Of a stretch of 64,000 nucleotides of DNA, positions 1 to 9,226 are shown one piece after another (the first letter of the stretch is position 1; the number at the start of each line of letters is the position of its first letter). Location: the NCBI GenBank assembly GCA_034530615.2, contig JAVRCV020000052.1, forward strand, positions 160,001 to 224,000, given 5' to 3'. The DNA is from Aulosira sp. ZfuVER01. Its GTDB lineage: Bacteria; Cyanobacteriota; Cyanobacteriia; Cyanobacteriales; Nostocaceae. A program made the position numbers and the translations under genes. A model generated the notes under the pieces. The model saw only the letters and a program-made list of their open reading frames with translations, ran no database searches and was not told the origin of the DNA.

Positions 1-29
1 ATTACCCATCCAGATGATTGGTTACTCGA

Positions 30-2507
30 CTAACCCCCCACACTCCCCACACTCCCCACACCCCCCACACTCCTCCTTGCCTGTTCCAGAACTGCGTCAG
101 CCGCTTGGTAGAGTGCTTGCAGATTGGTACCATCTTGAGGATACTCAACGACTGCTGTACTAAAGGTGACATGAAATTTCTGATTATTGGCAGCAGTAAA
201 TTCAATCTGACGTAAGCTTTGGAGCAGTTCTAAAAACCGCCGCACTCCATCATTTTTGGTCATCCCTGCCATTCCGACTACAAATTCTGTACCTCCCCAA
301 CGCCCAACTACATCCTGGGTATGGAATGTCTGGCGTAACAGTTCCCCTAGTCTGGATAACACGCGATCGCCTACAGCATGACCGTACTTTTGATTAATTT
401 CTTTGAGGTTGTCAAGCTCTACAATAGCGAAGCAGAAGGGCTGTTGATGGCGTTCGCTCGATTGAAGATAGCGATTTAAATCTTCAGTGGACTTGCGACG
501 ATTAGCAACGAGTGTTAATCCGTCAAGTTCTGCGAGATTCCGCAGCCAGCGCGATCGCTCTAAGCGATTGAGTATGCGTGTAATCAGTTCTGGTTCTACA
601 ATTGGTTTGCTGATGTAGTCGTCTGCACCTGCTAAAAATACTTGCTGTCTGGTTTTGGTATCGTTATGAGCAGTGAGAAACAAAATCGGCAATCCACTCC
701 ATTGCGGCTCATTTCTAATTACTTGGCATAATTCTATACCGCTAATTTCTGGTAATTCCACATCTAAAATCAGCAGATCTGGTTGAGCAACCGCCATTGC
801 TTCTAAAAACCGCAGGGGATTCTCTAGGGTGTAAACCTTCATTCCCCAAGGTACAAGTAAAGTTTGGAGAGCAGCCAATATCTGCGGATCGTCATCGACA
901 ACCATCACCTTTGCTTGGGTGGAGCGAGTACGCTGTAGTATTTGAGTCACTGTCTCCAGAACTTGGTTTGGGAAGACAGGCTTTTGTAAAATACCGCTTC
1001 CACCCAAACGAGCAACTTTTACCCTATCGAGTAAACTGTCTTTGTCTGTTAAAACGATCGCTGGTATGGGAGATTTACAGGCACTGAGTTCTGCTAGTAA
1101 AACGAGAAGATTTTCTGTAGAGTCGCTAGTTGAAAGGTCGAGCAACACAATATCAGGAGAATTTTGAGCAATCAACTCCCTAGCGGTGGGAGCATCTTTG
1201 GCAATTTGCGATCGCATCGCCCAACTATTTGTCTCTTTTGCCAACACTTCAGCTAATTCCCGATCCTGGTTAACAATCAACAGCAAAGGACGTTCATCCA
1301 TTAGTTGATTATTGGAGAGCAATTCCTGCTTATACTCCGAGTTCAACAGTTGCAATTGTTGACGCAACGCCCCAACTAATTGCGAAATCTGCTGTCTTGT
1401 CTCTGGCTTCAGCTTAGTACCCATCTCCCACAGCGATTCTAATTCTTGAGCTAGATGCGAACCTTCATCTGATCCAAACATTCCCAGAGAACCAGCTAGC
1501 TTATGAGCCTCAATCTTTGCTTTTGACTGCATTTCCTCGCTGAGTTTACCCTGTAGCAACATGGTAGAGGCTTGCTCAATTGTCATCACTCGCTCTTCGA
1601 GTTTCTGTGCTACTTCTTCCCAGACTTTGCTAACTCCAGTCTCAACCTGATTTTGAACATTGGGTTGCGGCTTGCTCCCATTGTTTTTAGGAGCGTGATT
1701 TTGCAGCCACGCAGGTGTAGAAGTTTCCTCCCTTGTAGCCAGTTGTGGAGATTGGGGTTGTTGTGTACGTCCGCGTCGCCCATCATTCCCAGCAATTGAA
1801 GACTTGGATTTTCCCCGATCTACACTTTCTCTCTCTGCTGGCTTGAGTTTATATCCAATTCCATAAACTGTTTCAATGGGATCGTCAGCTACTCCTGCTA
1901 CTTTAAGTTTTTGCCGTAAACCTTTCATGTGAGATCTCACCGTATCATCTGTAGGCGGTTCTTCCAATGACCACAGATGATCGATCAACGCACTACAGCT
2001 AAATATTCGGTGAGTATTGCGCAGAAAAAGCTCCAGCAGACCGTATTCTTTGGGAGTCAAATGCAAGAGTTTGCCATCACAAGTGACTTCGCAAGTACTA
2101 GGATCGAGCCGCAGGTTTTTCCACTCCAACAGAGGCGGTAAAGCAGAACCACCCCGACGTAATAAAGCACGAATGCGAGCTAATAATTCCTGAAAATCAA
2201 AAGGCTTGGCAACATAATCATCAGCACCAGCATCCAACCCCATGACTTTATTGATGCTGGTGTCTTGGGCTGTTAATAACAAAACAGGTGTTTGATTGCC
2301 TTTGGCTCGCAATCGCTGACAGAAGTTAATGCCGTTCAGCTTAGGTAGCAGAACATCGAGCAGAATCAAGTCATAAGTAAATAACTCTGCCAAATCCCAA
2401 CCTTCTTGCCCATCCTTGGCGACATCAACAGCATAGCGCTGGTTTATCAAGGATTTGGTAAGGGATTCAGCAATAAGTTCATCATCTTCAACTAATAGAA
2501 TTCTCAT
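30..2507 (-). CDS. Multidomain response regulator (REC-wHTH-Hpt-REC-REC-degenerate GGDEF), RcaC-like
   Basis: MRILLVEDD REC start (ATG 2507; ORF track extends to 2525), OmpR wHTH (IETVYGIGY), Hpt (AHKLAGSLG), two more REC domains, GGDEF-like domain with GGTEF. Confidence 0.85.
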   Translation of the reverse strand: MRILLVEDDELIAESLTKSLINQRYAVDVAKDGQEGWDLAELFTYDLILLDVLLPKLNGINFCQRLRAKGNQTPVLLLTAQDTSINKVMGLDAGADDYVAKPFDFQELLARIRALLRRGGSALPPLLEWKNLRLDPSTCEVTCDGKLLHLTPKEYGLLELFLRNTHRIFSCSALIDHLWSLEEPPTDDTVRSHMKGLRQKLKVAGVADDPIETVYGIGYKLKPAERESVDRGKSKSSIAGNDGRRGRTQQPQSPQLATREETSTPAWLQNHAPKNNGSKPQPNVQNQVETGVSKVWEEVAQKLEERVMTIEQASTMLLQGKLSEEMQSKAKIEAHKLAGSLGMFGSDEGSHLAQELESLWEMGTKLKPETRQQISQLVGALRQQLQLLNSEYKQELLSNNQLMDERPLLLIVNQDRELAEVLAKETNSWAMRSQIAKDAPTARELIAQNSPDIVLLDLSTSDSTENLLVLLAELSACKSPIPAIVLTDKDSLLDRVKVARLGGSGILQKPVFPNQVLETVTQILQRTRSTQAKVMVVDDDPQILAALQTLLVPWGMKVYTLENPLRFLEAMAVAQPDLLILDVELPEISGIELCQVIRNEPQWSGLPILFLTAHNDTKTRQQVFLAGADDYISKPIVEPELITRILNRLERSRWLRNLAELDGLTLVANRRKSTEDLNRYLQSSERHQQPFCFAIVELDNLKEINQKYGHAVGDRVLSRLGELLRQTFHTQDVVGRWGGTEFVVGMAGMTKNDGVRRFLELLQSLRQIEFTAANNQKFHVTFSTAVVEYPQDGTNLQALYQAADAVLEQARRSVGGVGSVGSVGG
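34..72. repeat. 9-bp tandem repeat (CCCCACACT)n overlapping the 3' end of the response regulator
   Basis: About 4 units of ccccacact, encoding the C-terminal VGGVGSVGSVGG. Confidence 0.9.
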
Positions 2508-2778
2508 AGCGGTTAATGACCGCAAATTAACAGTTATTCACTAAAAGGTTACACCCTATACAAAGGCTTGTTAAACCTTAAAAGTTAAGCCTAGCTTAAA
2601 TTAAGCTATGTTTCCGTTTGCCTTGGCAAATGTCAACATCGCTCCTTCTCTCAGGAAATGATAAACAAAAATTAGAGGAAAGTAGGTCTACCTTCAGTAA
2701 GATAGTGTTGTCTTCCAATAAGTAGCTAATTTTTAGCTTCCTTCCAGCTATTTGTCAAAATTTTAACTAAAAACTCTG

Positions 2779-4074
2779 CTAATTAGTGGCTTCTGTTTGG
2801 TTCTTGAGTTGAGATGCAATCAAAGGCACTTTAGGCGCGAAGAAAAATCCCATCAAGCTAGCAAAGAGTATGGGTGTGAAGGGGCTGAAGTTAGTTAGTT
2901 TTGATAGCAACAAAGTTGTACTTATTGGGGTGCGGGTTACTGCTGCATTAATAGCAGCCATTGTACAAATCATCGCCAAAGCAGGATTGACTCCGGGAAT
3001 TAAGATTGCTACTGCTTTACCTACACAAGCACCAGTAAAAAATAGGGGAATGATAAATCCACCACGCCAACCACCTGTAACTGTGATGCTAATCGCAGCC
3101 ATTTTACCTAAAGCTAACAGCAACAGAACAATAGCAGGAAAGTTAGTCGTAACCACAGATTCTAATTCTTCATGGCCAAAATAACGAGTAAGTGGCAAAA
3201 CCACTGCTAAACTGCCAAGTCCCAAGCCTGCGAGTGTGGTGCGTACATAAATAGGGCCGGGGATACGGGTAAATAAGCGATCGCAACTGCGAAAAATGCC
3301 GATAAAAATCCATCCTGCTACTGCCCCTAGAATACCGAAGGCGATCGCCAAAGCAAAATCATCAATGTTTACCAAGTTGTATTGCGGAAAATTCCAAGTC
3401 GGTGCAATTCCTAAACGTGTAATTGCTGCAAATACCAAATAACTAGCGCAACTCGCAACAATCGCAGGCATCAAAGCTTCGTAATATTCCACAATATGTT
3501 GATGGTGCAAAATCTCTAGGGCGAACATCGCACCACCAAGAGGAGAGCCAAACAAGGCAGTGAAGCCCGCCGCCATCGCTGCTAAACTCATAGATCTGAG
3601 ATCTTCTCCTTGAAGTTTTAAGCGATCGGCTACCCAAGTACCAAAGGAACCAGTTACTTGTACTAGGGGTGCTTCTGGCCCCGCACTACCACCAGCTGAG
3701 ATGCTGACTAAAGAAGAGAGAATCATTGAGGGATTTTTCCGCGTATCCAACCGTCCGTCGCGAAAGTGGATATTATCAACGATCGCGGCGATTTCACCGG
3801 GATTCCCCAGAAAATGAATGATTAACCCAATCAATAAACCGCATAGTGGCATTACTACAAGCAGACTCGCACCCTGAAATTTTTGCAAGCCATGAACAAT
3901 CAGCTCTAGAACATTCCAGTACAAACCAGCAAATAGACCGCTAACAGTCCCGACAGCAGCCCAGCATAAAACCCACCGGGAAATCATCAAAGGATGACGC
4001 TTTGCCAAGCCAAAAAGTTGAGAAAGTGTCCAGCGTTGAGTTTGATTGCTAGTCGGCCGCTTATTTGGTAGCAC
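2779..4074 (-). CDS. ClC-family chloride channel/transporter without CBS domains
   Basis: Multi-TM protein with GPEAP, FGSPLGGAMFALE and GGFIIP ClC-type motifs. Confidence 0.85.
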   Translation of the reverse strand: MLPNKRPTSNQTQRWTLSQLFGLAKRHPLMISRWVLCWAAVGTVSGLFAGLYWNVLELIVHGLQKFQGASLLVVMPLCGLLIGLIIHFLGNPGEIAAIVDNIHFRDGRLDTRKNPSMILSSLVSISAGGSAGPEAPLVQVTGSFGTWVADRLKLQGEDLRSMSLAAMAAGFTALFGSPLGGAMFALEILHHQHIVEYYEALMPAIVASCASYLVFAAITRLGIAPTWNFPQYNLVNIDDFALAIAFGILGAVAGWIFIGIFRSCDRLFTRIPGPIYVRTTLAGLGLGSLAVVLPLTRYFGHEELESVVTTNFPAIVLLLLALGKMAAISITVTGGWRGGFIIPLFFTGACVGKAVAILIPGVNPALAMICTMAAINAAVTRTPISTTLLLSKLTNFSPFTPILFASLMGFFFAPKVPLIASQLKNQTEATN

Positions 4075-4247
4075 TGCTGATTTCCTATTTTGAAACGAAA
4101 TATACAGAATCTTTACGTTTTCTATAGTAAAGGCTATTGGCTAGCTAAATCATCTTTAGTTCCTATAAGGAGTATTTAAGTCTCTAGATAGTGTGGGCAT
4201 CGCCACCAGAAAATCTAAGCTTGGCGTAGAAGTTTGGGGAAATAGTC

Positions 4248-4466
4248 ATGAATAAAGAAAATGTTCCTAGTCAAGCCGAAAAGATGAATCCAGAAGGTGA
4301 TGCATCACAATTAAGCCCAGAGGTACTGGACAAAATTAAACACCCTCCAAAAATGGATGATGTAATCCGCGAACAATCCGCAGAAGAGCGCAGATCTAAC
4401 CCTGCTTTAGTACCAGAAATGCTGGATGAACCAACAGATGAGATGATTGGCTTCACCAAAGAGTAG
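4248..4466 (+). CDS. Small acidic hypothetical protein (72 aa)
   Basis: ATG after purine-rich gggga; followed by hairpin ggcggtt-atc-aaccgcc. Confidence 0.65.
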   Translation: MNKENVPSQAEKMNPEGDASQLSPEVLDKIKHPPKMDDVIREQSAEERRSNPALVPEMLDEPTDEMIGFTKE

Positions 4467-4522
4467 TTAAATCGGCGGTTATCAACCGCCACTACGCAAA
4501 CAAAACCTAGCAACCCGAGTTT

Positions 4523-5353
4523 TCATACTTTTTCCGGTAATGTAGGGGGATGAGTATTAAACCATCTTTGATAAATTTGCTGATAAGTGCCATTAGATAG
4601 CAAAGTTGCTATACCTTTGTTAATTATTTCTAAATAAGGAGAATCTGGAGGTGTAGCAATCCCGTAGAATTCTTCTGTTAGCAGATTTGCAACAACTTTA
4701 ATACCTTGAAGATTGCCGTTCTTAATAGCATACAAAGTAGCGAATGCATCGCTAATTACCGCATCGACATTACCATTTACCAAGTCTTGGAAGAAATCAG
4801 GGCCAGAATTATATGTGCTAATTTTGGCATTTGGGATAGTTTTGGCAAAATCTGCGCCAGTTGAACCAATTTGCACGCCTATCCTTTTACCTTCAAGGCT
4901 ATTGAAGTTTTGAATATCTTGGTTGTTGGCTCGAACTGCGATCGCTAGTCCAGCTTTAAAATAAGGTCGCGTAAAGGAAATTGTTTTCTGGCGTTCGCTG
5001 GTAATTGTGATTCCACTAATTGCAGCATCAACACTTTTGGCTTGCAAAGTCGAAATCATCCCGTCAAAAGGTAGACTTTCCCACTGAACTGTTAAACCAG
5101 TTACTTGAGCGATCGCATTCATCAGATCGATATCAAAACCTTCCAGATTACCGTTCACAGTTTTCATCTCAAACGGTACAAAAGTAGGATCTGTAGACAC
5201 CTTCAAAGTTTTTAATCCTGAGTTTGAGATTGTGGTACTCGTATGGCTCAAACCGTTACAAGCAATTATTAACAACAGACAGCTTAAGCCCAAAATTACT
5301 TGACGCCATTTCCACTTCATCGATTTCACTGTGTTTAAATGCAGAGAGTACAA
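4523..5353 (-). CDS. Polar/basic amino acid ABC transporter substrate-binding lipoprotein (GlnH-like)
   Basis: Lipobox IIAC, TDPTFVPFE, GFDIDL, ITITSER, PYF motifs of SBP family 3; true start probably the MKWKW Met. Confidence 0.9.
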   Translation of the reverse strand: MYSLHLNTVKSMKWKWRQVILGLSCLLLIIACNGLSHTSTTISNSGLKTLKVSTDPTFVPFEMKTVNGNLEGFDIDLMNAIAQVTGLTVQWESLPFDGMISTLQAKSVDAAISGITITSERQKTISFTRPYFKAGLAIAVRANNQDIQNFNSLEGKRIGVQIGSTGADFAKTIPNAKISTYNSGPDFFQDLVNGNVDAVISDAFATLYAIKNGNLQGIKVVANLLTEEFYGIATPPDSPYLEIINKGIATLLSNGTYQQIYQRWFNTHPPTLPEKV

Positions 5354-5422
5354 AATCTATTTAGGTCAATTACCTACAAACCTATACAAACCTGTACTCA
5401 ATGATTTCGGATGTTCTCATAT

Positions 5423-5848
5423 TTATAAAAACAATTTACGCATAAAGCGAAGTACGTAAATAATATATTCCACCTGTGATTTAGTTTTAGCTGTAGACTT
5501 TATTTCCTTTAAAATTTTTTGCATTTCAGCTAAATTTGCTGGGTTGATTCCAATAATAGTGGCTCTGATAATCGCTGCTCTAACACTATTTAAAGTATCT
5601 TTGCACTCATGAACTGCCTCCCTCAACTTAGTTACTTGCTCCCAGTCCTTTGCATCTTGGGCATTGAATAGTGCAAATTGCAGTTGAGGTAGAATGTTTT
5701 GTAATTCATCCTCTGTATTATTTAAGTGAGGTACATCTATTTGATTGTTAGAAATTGTTTTTAGCTGAGAAACTATTTCTTGCAATTTTTCTAAAATTTC
5801 ATAGCTATCTGTTATTTGTGAATCATTTGAATTGTCTGCGTCACTCAT
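5423..5848 (-). CDS. Hypothetical helical protein (141 aa)
   Basis: Intact AT-rich ORF 14 nt downstream of the lipoprotein ORF; no recognised motif. Confidence 0.7.
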   Translation of the reverse strand: MSDADNSNDSQITDSYEILEKLQEIVSQLKTISNNQIDVPHLNNTEDELQNILPQLQFALFNAQDAKDWEQVTKLREAVHECKDTLNSVRAAIIRATIIGINPANLAEMQKILKEIKSTAKTKSQVEYIIYVLRFMRKLFL

Positions 5849-5862
5849 AAATTATGGTCTCA

Positions 5863-6849
5863 TTAACCCTGACATAATTGCGGCTCTAAAGCTTGTGAAT
5901 TTATTCTTCTTAAAGATACTTGTTTCAAGAATTCTTTTAAAGTTATATCTTCGCTAATTGATTGCTCTATACTATTCATCTTAGAGATGATTGAACTGTA
6001 GTCTCTACCAGTAAAATTGGCAGCCACTCCCACAATATTAGTCACTCTAGTTGCAATCGCTTCAAAGCTAAGATTGGGGTATTCATCAATTAGTTTTGAG
6101 AGTTTTCTGCCAGTATCGGCTGCTATCAAAAGTCGAGAGATAGATTCATTGAGTATTTGCTGTTCAGTCGCATTAACTTTTAGCCACTCATCTATTTGTT
6201 CAGCAACTTGACGCTTAATCTCTTCTGGACTAATTTGTGAAGATATATTTGAATTATTATACTTTCTTCTTAGCTGTTGTAGCTTCAAGCCTATAAGCAC
6301 CCTTTGGGGATTGTTGGGTTTTGGTGGTTTTTCTTGAATTCGTTTAGCTAAAAGTAGCATCTTTACTGTTAAGCACCTTGCTGGTTTAGCAGTTTGAGCC
6401 ACTATTCTGGCACTTCCATAGTCAATTGTTTCTAAATTGTTAAAAATCTCTACAGCCGTATCGTATTCTGCTTGTAAAGCATCAAGTTCTCTATCAAAAT
6501 CTGATGGCTGATTATTTGATTGATTTTCTCCAGAAATAATTTTATCTATTTCTCTAGGATCGCCAAAATTAATTCTCCGGTCTGTTAGTAATTGCTCAAC
6601 AATAAAATCACGAGATACTTGAGCATCTATAGGTAACTCATTAAGTTGATAAATTTTCTTGACTGAAGTTATAGCATCAACTGCTTGATTACGAAAATTA
6701 TCTGCGGTGACTCTGAGCATTGTTCGTTTTTCTGGCGTACAACTGCAAAGAGTGGTCATGAGAGTAAAAGCTACTATACAAAATCTCCCTAAAGAGAATT
6801 CATGAATCCACGTAAATTTCATATTTATACGTACCATCTTTAATCTCAT
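5863..6849 (-). CDS. Hypothetical lipoprotein, predicted alpha-helical
   Basis: Hydrophobic N-terminal stretch ending in lipobox-like LCSC; 328-aa ORF; start codon uncertain. Confidence 0.7.
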   Translation of the reverse strand: MRLKMVRINMKFTWIHEFSLGRFCIVAFTLMTTLCSCTPEKRTMLRVTADNFRNQAVDAITSVKKIYQLNELPIDAQVSRDFIVEQLLTDRRINFGDPREIDKIISGENQSNNQPSDFDRELDALQAEYDTAVEIFNNLETIDYGSARIVAQTAKPARCLTVKMLLLAKRIQEKPPKPNNPQRVLIGLKLQQLRRKYNNSNISSQISPEEIKRQVAEQIDEWLKVNATEQQILNESISRLLIAADTGRKLSKLIDEYPNLSFEAIATRVTNIVGVAANFTGRDYSSIISKMNSIEQSISEDITLKEFLKQVSLRRINSQALEPQLCQG

Positions 6850-6982
6850 TGAGGAGGCGATCGCTCATAAGTTTCTCAGTATCATTATCGTCAGAGAACT
6901 CCACGTTGTCATTACAGAAAAACAAAAGCGATCGCACCCACTTAAAGATGCGATCGCAAAGACTGAGATTATGGAGTGAAAC

Positions 6983-7642
6983 TTATTCAGCCGCAACAGG
7001 CTCTAACAACTTGATGTTAGAAAAGATAAATTCCTGAGTTGAGACTTTCCCATCTATCTGGGTGCGAATTTCCCGGCGATTGAGAATGAAATACTTACCA
7101 ACTTTTTCGTATTCATCGGTGAATTCGCTTCTACCACCCTTTTGTTCGCCTGTTTTCGGGTCATTATATACAGAGTCGTAGGTGTGAGACAGATAACCTT
7201 CTCCTGTTTGGTGGCTGCTAAAGGTGTTAATGGTCACAAAAGTACCGTGAATGAGACGGTGAACGTGGCTGACTTCGTTGTTATAGACTTTGTATTTATC
7301 GCCGTCAGCCTTACCACCAACTAAAATCTCAACAGCACCATTTTCGTCTGTAGCGCCATAGCTAAAACTATTTGCACTATGAGTATCTTCAAAGGAACGA
7401 CGGACGCGGTGAATGGCAATTTCCCAAGCTTGGTTGTGAATCGCCTTGCTTGCTTGTTCGTCCTCTACATCTAATACTTCAGCTTTGAGACTGGCGCTGA
7501 TAATTACTTTACCTGTAATAACTTGCTCGTCATGCTTAAAGGTGACATCAGCGGTGTAGCCAGGAAAATACTTATCCCAAGTGTAACGATTTTCATAAGC
7601 AGCCCGGAAAAGTTCCTGAGCAGAAATTTGTGTAACAGTCAT
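6983..7642 (-). CDS. DUF3386 family protein
   Basis: LFRAAYENRYTWDxxFPGY and AIHRVRRSFE motifs; ATG 7642 after AGGTG Shine-Dalgarno-like sequence. Confidence 0.85.
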   Translation of the reverse strand: MTVTQISAQELFRAAYENRYTWDKYFPGYTADVTFKHDEQVITGKVIISASLKAEVLDVEDEQASKAIHNQAWEIAIHRVRRSFEDTHSANSFSYGATDENGAVEILVGGKADGDKYKVYNNEVSHVHRLIHGTFVTINTFSSHQTGEGYLSHTYDSVYNDPKTGEQKGGRSEFTDEYEKVGKYFILNRREIRTQIDGKVSTQEFIFSNIKLLEPVAAE

Positions 7643-7693
7643 GCGTTCACCTATAGCGACTAGTGATATTAGCGTTTTATCTTTGCTGGTATT

Positions 7694-7743
7694 AGCATAG
7701 AAGTAATTGTGAAGCCCCGCATAGTCCCCAACTGGGTACACTT
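7694..7743 (-). promoter_or_regulatory. Putative LuxR-type operator plus -10 box for the DUF3386 gene
   Basis: Imperfect palindrome GTCCCCAACTGGGTAC (7724-7739); minus-strand TATGCT (7694-7699) 24 nt away; same layout at 9171-9220. Confidence 0.7.
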
Positions 7744-8433
7744 ATGGCTAATTCTCTTCATGCTGCATTTGCTGCGATCGCCAATGTCCGCAATGAGCAA
7801 GAACTTAAACTCGCGCTCATGGATAAAATTGGCGAGCATTTTGGCGTGCAACATTGGGGTATCTACCTCATAGATGACCAGTCAAAGACTGAAATTGATG
7901 TTCCCGGTATTCCGGCCGTATGCTTACAAGGCAATCCCATAGGACGCTATGTCGTTGAGCGTCATGCACCTGCTCATGAGCAATTAATCTTATCTCCAGA
8001 AGATTGGAAAGATATTTGCCCGCGCCACGACCACGAACACGTGATGACTGGCCCAATTATCTGTGATGGTCGGCTTGTGGGAACGCTGAACTTGGCTCGT
8101 GCTGAAGGTAGCCCACCCTTTGATGGTAATGATTTAGCCGATTTGAGTGCTTTATGTATTCACATCTCAGCAAAACTTGCTACCTTGCGGGCGAAACCAC
8201 AAACCCCTACATCCCCCTTACCTAATCCTCTAACACCACGCGAGTTAGAAATTGCGGAATTAGTTGCTCAAGGCTTAACTAATGCGGAAATCGCCGCTAG
8301 GCTGTGGATTACCCAAAATTCTGTTAAACAAGCCCTAAAAAGAATGTTCCGTAAGCTCAGGGTGTCAGCGCGTACAGAGATGGTTACCAAGCTACATTCA
8401 ATATCTTCTCTTCCACCCCAACAAATCAATTAG
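7744..8433 (+). CDS. GAF-LuxR HTH transcriptional regulator, copy 1
   Basis: C-terminal LTPRELEIAELVAQGLTNAEIA LuxR HTH; N-terminal GAF-like domain (GRLVGTLNLAR, FDGNDLADL). Confidence 0.9.
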   Translation: MANSLHAAFAAIANVRNEQELKLALMDKIGEHFGVQHWGIYLIDDQSKTEIDVPGIPAVCLQGNPIGRYVVERHAPAHEQLILSPEDWKDICPRHDHEHVMTGPIICDGRLVGTLNLARAEGSPPFDGNDLADLSALCIHISAKLATLRAKPQTPTSPLPNPLTPRELEIAELVAQGLTNAEIAARLWITQNSVKQALKRMFRKLRVSARTEMVTKLHSISSLPPQQIN

Positions 8434-9125
8434 ATTCCCAGCAACTTAGCAGTCTCCTTTGTCTGTTTTAAGGATGCTGCTATGAGCTGTTCACCAATTT
8501 TTTGTACCTGCTTAACTAATACCTGACCAGCATTTTCCGGTGAGCCAACATTAAAAGGCGGTGCAGGATTATACTCTAGCAATAGCTGAATTACCTTAGC
8601 TGTTTGTTCACCGCATAAATGAGCAGCAATTACCAACCCAAAATCAATACCAGCAGTCACACCACCGCCAGTAATCCGGTTGCGGTCAATTACTACTCTT
8701 TCATTTACCACCTCAACACCTAACATGGCTAACTGATCGCGAAAAGCCCAATGACAAGCAGCCCTATAGCCTTGCAGCAATCCAGCCGCAGCCAAAATTA
8801 AAGAGCCAGTACAAACCGAAGTGATATATTTTGCTGTCTTGCTTTGCTGTTGCAGAAATTCCAGTACTTCCCCATCTCGCATCATCTCAACCTGTCCAGG
8901 CCCGCCAGGTACACACAACACATCTAAGGGTGGAGAGTCAGCAAAAGTGGTAGTTGGCAAAATCGTCAGATTATCGCTACTAGTGACTGGCTCTAAAGTC
9001 TTCCACAAGCAATAAACTTTGGTGTTGGGCATAAAACTAAAAACTTGCTGTGGCCCAGTAATATCTAATTGCGTCATCCCAGGATAAATTACCAGACCAA
9101 TGTTGTACTCTGCTGGACTAGCCAT
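8430..9125 (-). CDS. DJ-1/PfpI family protein, isonitrile hydratase (InhA)-like
   Basis: TQLDITGP, VPGG, SVCTGS nucleophile elbow, TGGGVTAGIDF, LEYNPAPPF.GSP tail. Confidence 0.85.
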   Translation of the reverse strand: MASPAEYNIGLVIYPGMTQLDITGPQQVFSFMPNTKVYCLWKTLEPVTSSDNLTILPTTTFADSPPLDVLCVPGGPGQVEMMRDGEVLEFLQQQSKTAKYITSVCTGSLILAAAGLLQGYRAACHWAFRDQLAMLGVEVVNERVVIDRNRITGGGVTAGIDFGLVIAAHLCGEQTAKVIQLLLEYNPAPPFNVGSPENAGQVLVKQVQKIGEQLIAASLKQTKETAKLLGI

Positions 9126-9170
9126 AATTCTGATTTCCCTATAACTTCGCCTTTGGATTTCATCACTGCT

Positions 9171-9220
9171 AGAGTAAGATTGACTACTGAGCTATGCCTA
9201 GTCCTCGATCGAGTACACTT
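9171..9220 (-). promoter_or_regulatory. Putative LuxR-type operator plus -10 box for the DJ-1/PfpI gene
   Basis: Palindrome GTCCTCGATCGAGTAC (9201-9216); minus-strand TACTCT (9171-9176) 24 nt away. Confidence 0.7.
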
Positions 9221-9226
9221 TATTGA

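Noticed and set aside
2..215. Short ORFs 2-205 and 18-215, and other short antisense or overlapping ORFs in the track
   Set aside because: Shadow frames of long genes or translations of tandem repeats, with no independent coding signal
2686..2706. Loose CT-N-AG palindromes upstream of several stress-type genes (also near 4160, 11370, 49710, 60955)
   Set aside because: Too degenerate to align convincingly by eye; needs a motif search with statistics
2779..4074. Fluoride-specific CLC-F exporter
   Set aside because: Lacks GNNLI/GREGT/GEVTP signatures; no fluoride riboswitch recognised upstream
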